Source: a bacterium (GTDB lineage Bacteria; SM23-31). From it: a DNA stretch of 47,029 nucleotides. Shown one piece after another: positions 28,219-37,933 of this stretch. The position numbers and the translations under genes are program-made. Position 1 is the first letter of the stretch. Each line of letters opens with the position of its first letter. The notes beneath the pieces are model-generated. The model had not been told where the DNA came from. It saw only the letters and a program-made list of their open reading frames with translations, and did not search any database. Location of the stretch: contig CBDFMG010000001.1 in assembly GCA_965249485.1 (NCBI GenBank), forward strand, positions 1-47,029, read 5' to 3'.

Positions 28219-29028
28219 ATGGCGAAAGTAATTTGTATCACCAATCAAAAAGGAGGGGTGGGCAAAACTACCACTACTCATAATGTTGGAGCAGGTTTGG
28301 CCAGGAAAAAGTACCGGGTATTAATGATTGATATGGACCCCCAGGGAAATCTTACCCAGGGTGTCGGGCTGGATAAACCTGAGAATACGATTTATGAAGT
28401 AATGATGGAAGGTAACGAGTTGCCGGCATACAAGATTCTAGATGACCTATGGATTATACCGGCAAACAAGTCTTTGGCCAATTTTGAAAGGGACCTGGCG
28501 GGAGAGCCGGGCGGGCAGGCAATCCTTGGAGAGCTTATCGAACCATATAAAGCCAAGTTTGATGTATTGCTTATTGATTGTCCGCCGTCTTTGAATTTGC
28601 TGACTTTAAATGCAATGGCCACAGCCGATTACGTAATCATCCCAATATATGCACAGCGTTACAGTGAAGAGGGACTTTATATGACAATAAATACCTTTGA
28701 AAAAATGAAAAAGAGGGTGAATAAGAATCTGGCTTTAGGTGGAGTGGTTTTTACCCGGTTTATCGAAAGAGGAGTGCTAGCCCGAAATAAAAAGAAAAAA
28801 ATCAAGGGCAGGCTGGGGTCTGTGGTATTCAACACTTTTATACGTGAAAATGTGGCTCTCCAGGAAGCGCCTGATTTTGGCTTTGATATTTTCACCTATG
28901 AAGACATGAAAAAGGAAAACAGCAAATGGTATTTCAAGCAAAGCAATGGCATGATTGATTACCAGACCTTGACTGATGAAATAGTAAAGCGGTTTAAATT
29001 AAACAGTAAAGCTTATGTCAAACTATGA
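28219..29028 (+). CDS. parA: ParA/Soj partition ATPase (ParA2)
   Basis: NQKGGVGKTT, DMDPQGN, DCPPSL and IRENVALQEA. Confidence 0.93.
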   Translation: MAKVICITNQKGGVGKTTTTHNVGAGLARKKYRVLMIDMDPQGNLTQGVGLDKPENTIYEVMMEGNELPAYKILDDLWIIPANKSLANFERDLAGEPGGQAILGELIEPYKAKFDVLLIDCPPSLNLLTLNAMATADYVIIPIYAQRYSEEGLYMTINTFEKMKKRVNKNLALGGVVFTRFIERGVLARNKKKKIKGRLGSVVFNTFIRENVALQEAPDFGFDIFTYEDMKKENSKWYFKQSNGMIDYQTLTDEIVKRFKLNSKAYVKL

Positions 29029-29404
29029 GGATCTAAGAAAAAAACTCAAGAAGGGAAAAACCGGTGAGGACTACGTGGATAATGTGTTAGGGGCGAAGAC
29101 AGAAACAGAAAGGCCCGGGGAAAAGAAAAAATCCGCCGGGTCCAAATCAAAATCCACCCTGAAACCGGCCCCCGAAGAAGAATCAGATGAATCTACCAGG
29201 GCAACCTTTGCGGTTCAACAAAAAGTCTTAGAGAAATTCAAGGATTTGTGTTATACCCAAAAATTCCTTAGAGGAAAGGTACTTTACGATCAGAAAACAG
29301 CATTACAAGAAGCATTGGAACTCTTATTCAAAAAATATCGGGATATTGAAAAGCGACCTCCGGAAATCATAGAAGCCGAAAAACGCAGAAAAAAAAGAAG
29401 GTAA
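29015..29404 (+). CDS. ParA partner, probable RHH (ParG-like) protein
   Basis: Overlaps parA; RATFAV...ALQEALELLF...KRP aligns with 23014-23448. Confidence 0.6.
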   Translation: MSNYEDLRKKLKKGKTGEDYVDNVLGAKTETERPGEKKKSAGSKSKSTLKPAPEEESDESTRATFAVQQKVLEKFKDLCYTQKFLRGKVLYDQKTALQEALELLFKKYRDIEKRPPEIIEAEKRRKKRR

Positions 29405-29407
29405 ATT

Positions 29408-29866
29408 ATGCTCCAGGAGCTTCTGAATGATATTGCCGGAGCCAGCTTAAACACCAAACTGTTCATGGGGGCGTCGATCACCGTGCTTTCCCTGGCCATC
29501 TATTTTATACTTAAAAAATCTCCGGGCATAATTGTAGCGCTTGGACTGATAGGGGTTTTGCATGTGATTTTTGGAGTGTTGCTGGCAGGGTTTGTCCGAT
29601 ACAGCCTGCTTGTTCACACTATTGTTTATTTCATTCCTTCTCTGCTCGGGGGCCTTGTTGCCAGCCTGGTCCTTGTAAAAGCAGAACCCAAAGGATCCAG
29701 AACCTTTCAGGTGAATTATCAAAGCAACAAGGGTGTGGTGAGCCTGGATCTATGGAGGGGAGGGGCCATATTCGGAGCCTCCGGATACGGAAAAACCAAA
29801 AGTGTTTTTCTGCCAATCATTGAACACTGTGCTATCAGGAATCTTTCAGCAATCATTTACGATTAC
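29408..29866 (+). pseudogene. Type IV coupling protein (TraD/VirD4/MobC-like), truncated by an IS605 element
   Basis: N-terminal TM helices, Walker A GASGYGKT and IIYDY, then the IS left end. Confidence 0.8.
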
Positions 29867-29929
29867 GCAAATAGCTCCAGAAAGCCCCCCAATCACTTGG
29901 AGTTTTAACCAGGGGATGAATGGAGCATT

Positions 29930-30355
29930 TCATTTATTTTTTTGATCTTCAATGTACCGCTTGATGGTGTGCTCGGAAATATGTCCTATAGATTCACAGT
30001 AATAGGATCGCGTCCACAAAGTAGGTATTCTGCTTTTGATGGCCGGGTATTTTTCTCGCATTATCCTACTGGAATATCCTTTCAATTGCTGTATGATATA
30101 ATGAGGAGCAAGTATTGGCGCCGATTTAACGAAGAGATGTACATGATCAGGCATCACCTCCATTTTTTCAATTGATATGCCCAACCTGTGGGCTTTCTCA
30201 ACAAGCAAATCTTTAAGAATTTGATCGTATGGAGGAACAAAAACCTTTCTTCGATATTTAGGGCACCAGATTAAATGATAGGCTACATTGTATACTGAAT
30301 GCTTGCTTTGTGTCCAGCGATTTCGTTGCATATAGTATGAATATATCTTGTCCAA
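29930..30355 (-). CDS. tnpA: IS200/IS605 Y1 transposase
   Basis: YHLIWCPKYRRK, DHVH (HUH), LKGYSSR, LWTRSYY and YIEDQ. Confidence 0.95.
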   Translation of the reverse strand: MDKIYSYYMQRNRWTQSKHSVYNVAYHLIWCPKYRRKVFVPPYDQILKDLLVEKAHRLGISIEKMEVMPDHVHLFVKSAPILAPHYIIQQLKGYSSRIMREKYPAIKSRIPTLWTRSYYCESIGHISEHTIKRYIEDQKNK

Positions 30356-30492
30356 ATATATATATTTTTGTATATTTAGAATTATGAAAAGGCCATATTT
30401 CGCTCAAACCGAAAATCCTGATCCCGATATTCACAAATCAAAACATTTCAATCGGCTTGAAGAAGCTAAACAATAGCTGGTTTCCCTCAAAA

Positions 30493-32013
30493 ATGCCATC
30501 CTTTATAACAGAGATACCTTTAAAAGTAACAGCTAGCCAGGCGCGCAAATTGGAGAGTGCATTCTTTGCTGCTTCGCAAATTTATAACGCGTGCCTTGGC
30601 GAAGCGATGAAAAGGTTAGATCGTATGAAAGTTGATCCGCAATATGATATAGCCAGGGAATTAAAAGGAAACGCACGAAAAGATAAATATTCAACGCTTC
30701 GAAAACAGTATCAATTTTCAGAATATGCGCTTCACGCTTATGCAAAACAATGGACGAAAACCTGGCTTAATGATCAGCTGGGCGTACACGTAATACAAAA
30801 GCTTGCCACCAGGGCATTCAAAGCAGTAAATGATTATTCAATCCATCTACATGGGAAACCTCGCTTCAAAGGTCTGCGTGGAATTCACTCAATAGAAAAC
30901 AAAAAAAACGGGGCAAACATGTGTTGGAAAGGGAATCATCTCTTCTTCTCAAAGATGGAGTTGAAAGCGTTCCTGGATCGATCTGATCCTTCGGATGAAG
31001 TCATACAACATGGTCTGTCCTGTAAGGTCAAATATACCCGACTGGTGCGAAAGAATATAAATGGTAAGGTTAGGTACTATTGCCAACTTATTAATGAAGG
31101 ACAATCTTTCCTAAAGCCTGAACACAGTATTAGCAAACATTCTGTAGGACTGGATATAGGACCCAGTACCATTGCTATAGTAAGTACAGAAAAAAAACAG
31201 GCTCATCTACTACAATTTTGCAATGAACTAAAAGAGATTCAGAAAAGAAAAGCAGCATTGCAGCGCCAAATAAGCCGCCAGATTCGTGCTAATAATCCTG
31301 GTGGATTTCATTTAGATAGCTGGATTAAAAAGGATAAGCACTGGAAAAGAAAAAAGGGCGTCAATAAAAAGGGTATCCGATGCAACTATCAAAGCAAAGC
31401 ACTTCAAGCAAATTTCGGAAAGCTGGCAGAGGTGGACAGGAAACTTGCAGCACATAGAAAATCACTACATGGAAAACTGGCTAATGATATTCTATCACTT
31501 GGAAATAACATCAAAACAGAAAAACTTTCCTACAAATCATTCCAAAAGATGTATGGTAAAAGTGTAGGATATCGTGCACCGGGGATGTTTGTTTATATGT
31601 TATGTCGCAAGGCTGAAAGAGCCGGTGGCATGGTAGAACAATTCAGTACCTTCAATACAAAGCTTTCACAAACCTGCCATTGTGGACTCCAACAAAAAAA
31701 ACGACTGTCAGAACGATGGCATCAATGCAATTGCGGAGCCCAGGCACAACGCGATCTTTATTCTGCTTATCTGGCATGTTTTGTAGAAAACGATACATTG
31801 ATAGCATCCAATGCTGCAAAGCACTGGAAAGGTATGGATACGTGCCTGCTCTCGGCTATTAACAAGATAAAACAATCGAATGGTAAGGCATTGCCTTCCA
31901 GCTTTGGAATCATCCAGAGTAAGAGATTGTCGAGACAAAAGTCTGTAATGAACAAGCCACTCGAGGCCTTTGCTGAGGAGAGTGTGGTGGACTACAGAAC
32001 CTCACGTGTTTAA
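30493..32013 (+). CDS. tnpB: TnpB RNA-guided nuclease, long type (506 aa from ATG 30493)
   Basis: RuvC motifs VGLDIG, KTEKL and QRDLYSA; zinc finger CHC...CNC. Confidence 0.9.
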   Translation: MPSFITEIPLKVTASQARKLESAFFAASQIYNACLGEAMKRLDRMKVDPQYDIARELKGNARKDKYSTLRKQYQFSEYALHAYAKQWTKTWLNDQLGVHVIQKLATRAFKAVNDYSIHLHGKPRFKGLRGIHSIENKKNGANMCWKGNHLFFSKMELKAFLDRSDPSDEVIQHGLSCKVKYTRLVRKNINGKVRYYCQLINEGQSFLKPEHSISKHSVGLDIGPSTIAIVSTEKKQAHLLQFCNELKEIQKRKAALQRQISRQIRANNPGGFHLDSWIKKDKHWKRKKGVNKKGIRCNYQSKALQANFGKLAEVDRKLAAHRKSLHGKLANDILSLGNNIKTEKLSYKSFQKMYGKSVGYRAPGMFVYMLCRKAERAGGMVEQFSTFNTKLSQTCHCGLQQKKRLSERWHQCNCGAQAQRDLYSAYLACFVENDTLIASNAAKHWKGMDTCLLSAINKIKQSNGKALPSSFGIIQSKRLSRQKSVMNKPLEAFAEESVVDYRTSRV

Positions 32014-32030
32014 ACCGTGAGAGTGATCAG

Positions 32031-32317
32031 AGTATAGCTGCTGCTGGCGGCCAACCCTGACCAGGCCAGGCGCGCACGTCGGGAAAATCGGTCGCCTCGG
32101 GATGATCATTCCAATTCACCCCTTGACATTTTACTGACGGGATCAGTGTGGAATCCACATCGGGAATGATTTCATCTGGTTGATCGTCTGTTGTCTGTTC
32201 CAGGGTGAGGGTTTTTGCCCAGGAGCTTCCGCTGTATTCTGCCGGAAGTGGTTTCTGTAGATTGGAGCCTGATATAATCAAGGCCACCAATATCCATGCT
32301 TTAACCAATTTCGTCAT
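32031..32317 (-). pseudogene. S8 peptidase N-terminal fragment with a large internal deletion
   Basis: EYSGSS.AKTLTLEQTTDDQPDEIIPDVDSTLI is shared with 46539-46898; the end resembles 15327-15360. Confidence 0.65.
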
Positions 32318-32490
32318 TTCTAGTAACTCCCTACCAAAAAAATCTAAAACGTCACATTTCTATGAGCTGAAATCAGCGTCCTCGTCGCTTTCAGAGCTTC
32401 CTGCCTGCACCTGTCTTTTGAATGCATTGATCAGGTATCCGACAGGATTGCGGGCTTCCCGGGAGGCTCCCATCCGAAGAGATCCACCGA

Positions 32491-33408
32491 TCAACGTAGC
32501 TTCATTTTCTTTACAGTCCATCTGCCTCTTTCCTTTAGTGTCGCATTTCTTTCAACGTACCTGGCCGACAAATTGAAGGTATCTACAAATTCCTGCAGAT
32601 GCCTCAACACGTAATTGCGAATGTAAGATGCCCCGATTTCACATTGATCTAACAAGGCCGTCCCAACTTCAACATCTTCCTTTGGAATATCACTCAGATC
32701 CATTTCTCCCCAAATTTTGATTTTCTTTTCATTATAATCTGACGACCTCAATCCGGCTATTACCTTAAAGAATAATTCGTACTTGGTTGCATCCTTAATT
32801 TGCTTTTTACTCCGCAACAAAACCCCTTTCTTAAAAGCAACCCAATCGGTATATTCCTGATCCGGAATTGCCAAGTAAACCCGCAAGTCATACCAGGTTA
32901 AAATTCTGGCCATATCATACTTGGTAATCAAATCAAACAAAGACGGCGCATACTTACCCTTTATAGTCAAGCACTGTTCCAAAAATTGAGGGGTATATCC
33001 ATTCGATAGATTCAACCATGCATTATTTAGTTTTTTATTAACGATCACCTTCAATCTACCGGTCTTTTTCCTTTGGCCATCATAATCAATCTCTGAGAAC
33101 AGAGGCCGTCCAATGAACCTTTCCCATTTCACACCATCCACAGTAGCATATACTCTTTTCACCAGCTTATTAACTGATTTTATGAACGCTTTCGCATTTG
33201 GACCGCCAACACGCTTTCTAACATTCTCAATCACAACCGTTACTTCATCCTGAGTCCAGTCTTTAAACTTTTGATGAGATTTTAATTCATATAGTATCAA
33301 ATAGATCATTCGCTTTTCCGCTTGGTCAAAGTCCTGGATCAAAGACATCATTGGATTTGGATTGTATAAGGTCGGTAATTTCCTACCCTCTGTTATTTCC
33401 AATTGCAT
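32491..33408 (-). CDS. Plasmid replication initiator, divergent Rep_3 family (Rep3)
   Basis: PN...F...EKRMIY, LSNGYT....CL.IKGKYA..LFDLI and DLR.YL.I....Y.....FKK.VL; adjacent to a 22-bp iteron array. Confidence 0.8.
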   Translation of the reverse strand: MQLEITEGRKLPTLYNPNPMMSLIQDFDQAEKRMIYLILYELKSHQKFKDWTQDEVTVVIENVRKRVGGPNAKAFIKSVNKLVKRVYATVDGVKWERFIGRPLFSEIDYDGQRKKTGRLKVIVNKKLNNAWLNLSNGYTPQFLEQCLTIKGKYAPSLFDLITKYDMARILTWYDLRVYLAIPDQEYTDWVAFKKGVLLRSKKQIKDATKYELFFKVIAGLRSSDYNEKKIKIWGEMDLSDIPKEDVEVGTALLDQCEIGASYIRNYVLRHLQEFVDTFNLSARYVERNATLKERGRWTVKKMKLR

Positions 33409-33483
33409 AATAAATAGATATAAATTGTGACCTTATTTACTTAATGAATCAGCAATATAATATATCTGTCAACAACATTCAAC

Positions 33484-33877
33484 ATTTTGTACCCACCAGT
33501 CGGGTATTTTGTACCCAGATGATTTTGTAAATAGCTGAAAATCAGTGATGTAGAAAATAGCTTCATTTCCATAGGCAGATTTGACCCACGGAAACGGGTA
33601 TTTTGTACCCAGTTAGAAGAATCAGTCGCATTTTGTACCCACTAGTCGGGTATTTTGTACCCACCAGTCGGGTATTTTGTACCCAGATGATTTTGTAAAT
33701 AGCTGAAAATCAGTGATGTAGAAAATAGTTTCATTTCCATAGGCAGATTTGACCCACGGAAACGGGTATTTTGTACCCAGTTAGAAGAATCAGTCGGGTA
33801 TTTTGTACCCACCAGTCGGGTATTTTGTACCCACCAGTCGGGTATTTTGTACCCACCAGTCGGGTATTTTGTACCCA
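33484..33877. repeat. Iteron set C: 11 copies of core ATTTTGTACCCA (22-bp unit AGTCGGGTATTTTGTACCCACC), within a 168-bp tandem duplication
   Basis: Cores at 33484, 33506, 33600, 33630, 33652, 33674, 33768, 33800, 33822, 33844 and 33866. Confidence 0.9.
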
Positions 33878-33971
33878 TATTTATTGTAAATAACTGAAAA
33901 TCAATAAATTTCGAGTCCAACCATTTTCAGAAGAATAACAAAAGAAACAATTGGTAAAGCAAGTCAAAAAC

Positions 33972-34147
33972 AAAAACTAATATAATTGTCCCCTTATTCC
34001 AGCTAATACCGTTGTCTCTTTATTAATACGATAATCCCTTATTCTTAATACCACTGTCCCTTTATTCTATTGTAAAGAGTTGCAAATAAACAAGTTACAT
34101 AGCCTTTAATAAAATTATATAATAAATAGTTAAATTGATTCCAAACA
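33972..34147. repeat. Second copy of iteron set A and its AT-rich tract (4 iterons), without rep1
   Basis: Aligns with 1704-1910 with one repeat unit deleted. Confidence 0.85.
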
Positions 34148-34150
34148 GTG

Positions 34151-34450
34151 AAAACAAGGAGAAAAATCTCTTCCCCAAATCGATTTTTCACTTTTTCCTA
34201 TTGGCCCCCACACAATCCCAATTTGGCCGGCTCCTGCCGCTCCGTCTCCCGCAAGGCCCGTACACACGGAGCCCCGGCCAGATTTCGGTTTAGGGGAAAA
34301 AACGGGGGCTTTGGGGGAGCTGGGCGGATGGCAGGCGGGGCCTGTGGGCCCCGGAAACCGCCCTCTGAGAGGAGATCTCTGCCCTGGCCTGGGGTAGTTT
34401 GGATCAAAATCGGGAGATGCTCGCTCAGAGCCCCCCCAAATGGCCCGTAA
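34151..34450. repeat. Backbone element C1, copy 3
   Basis: Aligns with the other C1 copies. Confidence 0.85.
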
Positions 34451-34699
34451 TCAGAACAGTTTCAGGGCACCCAGCAGCAGAGAAAGGGCAACAAACATGA
34501 CACCCATCATCCAGCGGGTGTTTACGGCCTGGTCCCTGATCATCTTCTCTACCTGGTCGAAGCGTTGCTCCAGGCGCTGAATATCCTGTTTGGTAGCCAG
34601 CTCGGATGTGATCTCTGCTAGGATCTGTGCCTGCTCTTCGGCCGTGGCAGGTTGCATGCCGGCTTTGATGAGCCGTTTGGAGATGGTAAGGGTATTCAT
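34451..34699 (-). CDS. DUF1640/Bdr-like protein, copy 4 (82 aa)
   Basis: Same family; shortest stalk. Confidence 0.8.
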   Translation of the reverse strand: MNTLTISKRLIKAGMQPATAEEQAQILAEITSELATKQDIQRLEQRFDQVEKMIRDQAVNTRWMMGVMFVALSLLLGALKLF

Positions 34700-34935
34700 C
34701 TTTGGGTTGTGAAGCCAGAGGCAAAGGTGGCAAAGAGCTGTGGGCTTTGCAAGTGGAGAATCACCCCACCAGTGGAAGCTCTCAGGATGTAAGTTCAAGC
34801 TCTGAAGAGGAGGCTCAATAGGGTCTCTTTTACTAGCATCTCCCACCCAATGTGCTAATATTTGTCTTGAGTATATTTGGATGTCTGGCAATTATTAAGG
34901 TAATTGCATTGTCATTATGACAAAAACATTCCCTG

Positions 34936-36213
34936 ATGAGCAACCCCCTGACTGAATTTGCCTCTATTCGTGAAAAAACAGGATTATCGATCAAGGAAGT
35001 TGCTGAAAGATGTTCGATCAGTCTGAAAACCGCATATAGGTGGGAAAAGGACGAATGCAGACCCCAACCTATGGTGCTTAAAGAGCTGAGAGAGATAGCC
35101 CTTAATATCAATAATCTTGAAAAAATCAAAAATCCTGAGTTCAGGTTTATTGATCTTTTTGCCGGAATAGGCGGGTTCAAGAAGGGTTTTGAAAGTATTG
35201 GAGGCAAATGTGTGTTTACCAGTGAATGGGACAAGGCATGCAGAACCACCTATCTGGCAAATTTTGACTGTGACCATCCGGTAGAAGGTGATATCAGGGA
35301 TTTTGCGGCCGATGAAGAAAGTCTTTCCAGAATCCCGGAACATGATCTTCTGGTAGCCGGATTTCCATGCCAGCCATTTTCAATTGCAGGAGTATCAAAG
35401 AAAAATGCTCTTGGTACCCCGCACGGGTTCCGGTGTGATACACAGGGTACATTATTTTTTGATCTTGCCCGGATAATCGAATACCATAAACCCCCGGTGA
35501 TTCTTCTGGAAAATGTCAAGAATCTGGTAAGCCATGATAAAGGCAAAACTTTCAAGGTTATCAAAAAAACCCTTGAGGAAGAACTTGGATATACTATCAG
35601 TCACAGGGTAATAGATGCCCGGAGCTGGGTTCCCCAACATCGGGAAAGAATCTTTATAGTAGGCTTCCTGTCAGAAAACGGGTTTGATCTGGATGATCTG
35701 AAAATACCTGCCATTGAAGAAAGCCCCAAACTGGTTGAAATATTGCATAACGGGAATGATCAGGAGGAACCCCCTTACTATGAAAATGACGAGGTAGGAA
35801 CCAAATATACCCTGACTTCGAGGTTGTGGGATTACCTGAAAAACCATAAGGAAAAGCACCGGGCCAAAGGAAACGGTTTTGGGTTTGGTCTGTTCGGGCC
35901 TGATAATGTAGCAAGGACACTTTCAGCCAGATATTACAAGGATGGCTCTGAAATACTGATCCGGCAAAGAGGCACAAGACCCAGAAGATTGACACCCAGA
36001 GAGTGTGCCCGCCTGATGGGTTTTGACAAACCAGGTGAATCCAGCTTCAATATACCCGTATCGGACACCCAGGCATACAAGCAGTTTGGTAACTCTGTTG
36101 TGGTTCCGGTTGTTGAAGCCCTGGCAGAATTTATGAAGCCGTGGCTGCGGAACGCTGTTGAAACTCCCCGTAACCAGCTAAGACTTGAACTTGACGGAAG
36201 AAAAGCCTCGTAA
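34936..36213 (+). CDS. dcm: C5-cytosine DNA methyltransferase (Dcm/M.EcoRII-like) with N-terminal HTH
   Basis: FAGIGG, GFPCQ, LENV, PQHRER, RTLSARYYKDGSEILI and YKQFGNSV; N-terminal GLSIKEVAERCSISLKTAYRWE. Confidence 0.93.
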   Translation: MSNPLTEFASIREKTGLSIKEVAERCSISLKTAYRWEKDECRPQPMVLKELREIALNINNLEKIKNPEFRFIDLFAGIGGFKKGFESIGGKCVFTSEWDKACRTTYLANFDCDHPVEGDIRDFAADEESLSRIPEHDLLVAGFPCQPFSIAGVSKKNALGTPHGFRCDTQGTLFFDLARIIEYHKPPVILLENVKNLVSHDKGKTFKVIKKTLEEELGYTISHRVIDARSWVPQHRERIFIVGFLSENGFDLDDLKIPAIEESPKLVEILHNGNDQEEPPYYENDEVGTKYTLTSRLWDYLKNHKEKHRAKGNGFGFGLFGPDNVARTLSARYYKDGSEILIRQRGTRPRRLTPRECARLMGFDKPGESSFNIPVSDTQAYKQFGNSVVVPVVEALAEFMKPWLRNAVETPRNQLRLELDGRKAS

Positions 36214-36215
36214 CG

Positions 36216-36671
36216 TTGGCGGATATAGTCACCAGGGAAAAGAGGAGCCAGATAATGGCAGGCATCAAGGGCAAGAATACCAGGCCCGAAATAATACTCC
36301 GTTCAGAATTGCACAAGCGAGGGTTCAGGTTCAGGTTACACTCCCGCAAGTTGCCAGGCAAACCGGATCTGGTCCTTCGCAAGTATAATGCGGTGATCTT
36401 TGCCAATGGATGCTTCTGGCACGGGCATGACTGTCACCTTTTCAAATGGCCATCAACGAGAGAGGAGTTCTGGAGGACCAAAATCAACAGGAACAAGGAA
36501 GTTGATATCAGAAATATAGAGAATCTCCAGAGTACCGGATGGAGGATTGCCATTATATGGGAGTGTGCTCTGAAAGGCAAGACACGGTTATCGCTGGATG
36601 ATATGATCAATCGTTGTACCGGGTGGTTACGCTCAGCGCAAAAATTTATAGAAATAGAGGGAACGGAATGA
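36216..36671 (+). CDS. vsr: Very-short-patch repair endonuclease
   Basis: RS..MAGIKGKNTRPE, LPGKPD, GCFWHGH and IWECALKG. Confidence 0.95.
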   Translation: MADIVTREKRSQIMAGIKGKNTRPEIILRSELHKRGFRFRLHSRKLPGKPDLVLRKYNAVIFANGCFWHGHDCHLFKWPSTREEFWRTKINRNKEVDIRNIENLQSTGWRIAIIWECALKGKTRLSLDDMINRCTGWLRSAQKFIEIEGTE

Positions 36672-37933
36672 AAAGAGGTTTTTTATCAGAATATTTTGTA
36701 TCAGTGGCGGCGAAGCGTCTTGGCGCAGTAGAAGCTGATCCTGGCAGATCAAATCAACATGAATTTAATGGTTCTAGGAAACTGAAAATGGTTCTGGGCA
36801 CAGGTACGGGGGATCCCGTCAGGTTCCCTGCCAAAATTTTGTGGATAGGTGAGTTGAATGAAGGTATTTCTTCAGAAGGGATGGTAACGTGGTATGATGC
36901 CAGAAAGAATGTAGCATCCAGATCACCGGAATACCGATTGTACTTTCCAACTACTGATGCTACCAATCTGGCCAGCGAAGGAGACCTGATGTTTATTGCA
37001 AAGAGACCTGATGATACTTTGATGATCATCATCACAGCAGCAGGAAGTACGATTGAGAATCAACTGTTATGGCTGTTCGGAATCCCTTTTCAAACAGGGA
37101 TAAAGTTCGAAATGCAAAGCATCGAGGAAGACAATGATGTTGAAATAGATTTTGTAGTCCGGTTTATACTGGACGAACTGGAAATCGAGGTCGAAGAGCC
37201 TGAAAACGATGTACTGGATCGACTCCTTGAGAAGTTTGAAGGCAACTTTCCGGACACTTTTGAATTTTCCGCTTACGCAAGGTCTACCGTACAGGAGCTA
37301 CACAAGGATACTATAAATCCGGTGGAAGAACCCGACAATACCCTGATGGCATGGATGGATCATGAAGAAAAGCTGTTCAGGAGACTGGAACGACATATAG
37401 TTGCCCGACGAATCGAACAGGGTTTTGTCAGTCAAGACGGGACAGATGTAGATGGTTTTATCAAGTTCTCTTTATCCGTACAGAACCGGAGAAAATCCAG
37501 AGCAGGATATGCACTTGAACATCATCTTGAACAATTGTTTGTTGATAATAAAGTGAATTACAGCCGGGGGGCAATTACCGAGAACAAATCAAAGCCAGAC
37601 TTTATTTTCCCTGACATAAAGCTTTATCATAACGAGCAGTTCTCTGCAACTCTCCTGACAATGCTTGGAGTCAAGACGAGTCTGAAAGACAGATGGAGAC
37701 AGGTACTCAGCGAAGCTGCCAGAATCGACAACAAGCATTTGCTCACTCTCGAACCCGGAATCAGCAATGATCAAACAGAAGAAATGAAATCAGACAGTTT
37801 GCAACTGGTGCTTCCCAAACCGATACACCTTACTTTTCCCGATCCCCAAAAAGACTGGCTTCTGTCAGTTAATGACTTCCTTGATCATGTGAAGGGAAAG
37901 CAGTCCCAGGAGGGAGGCGTCATAATCCTTTAG
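36668..37933 (+). CDS. Type II restriction endonuclease with EcoRII C-terminal domain
   Basis: SNQHEFNG, NRRKSRAGYALE, TE..SKPDFIFP, KT.LKDRWRQV and HLLTL; ATGA overlap with vsr. Confidence 0.9.
   Translation: MKRGFLSEYFVSVAAKRLGAVEADPGRSNQHEFNGSRKLKMVLGTGTGDPVRFPAKILWIGELNEGISSEGMVTWYDARKNVASRSPEYRLYFPTTDATNLASEGDLMFIAKRPDDTLMIIITAAGSTIENQLLWLFGIPFQTGIKFEMQSIEEDNDVEIDFVVRFILDELEIEVEEPENDVLDRLLEKFEGNFPDTFEFSAYARSTVQELHKDTINPVEEPDNTLMAWMDHEEKLFRRLERHIVARRIEQGFVSQDGTDVDGFIKFSLSVQNRRKSRAGYALEHHLEQLFVDNKVNYSRGAITENKSKPDFIFPDIKLYHNEQFSATLLTMLGVKTSLKDRWRQVLSEAARIDNKHLLTLEPGISNDQTEEMKSDSLQLVLPKPIHLTFPDPQKDWLLSVNDFLDHVKGKQSQEGGVIIL

Larger units (their letters stand above)
29867..32030 (+). mobile_element. 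IS200/IS605-family element 1 (divergent tnpA/tnpB), inserted after TTAC
   Basis: Left end TTAC|...AAAG plus hairpin; right end GAAC-CTCACG..CGTGAG-..TCAG. The guide/cleavage pairs follow the IS608 scheme. Confidence 0.8.

Noticed and set aside
32031..32050. TnpB1 self-targeting of 15326-15340
   Set aside because: The match covers only the distal part of the predicted guide and there is no adjacent TTAC.
33484..33877. Possible CRISPR array
   Set aside because: The 22-bp units are contiguous without unique spacers, the longer gaps are duplicates of each other, no cas genes are present, and the position upstream of rep fits iterons.
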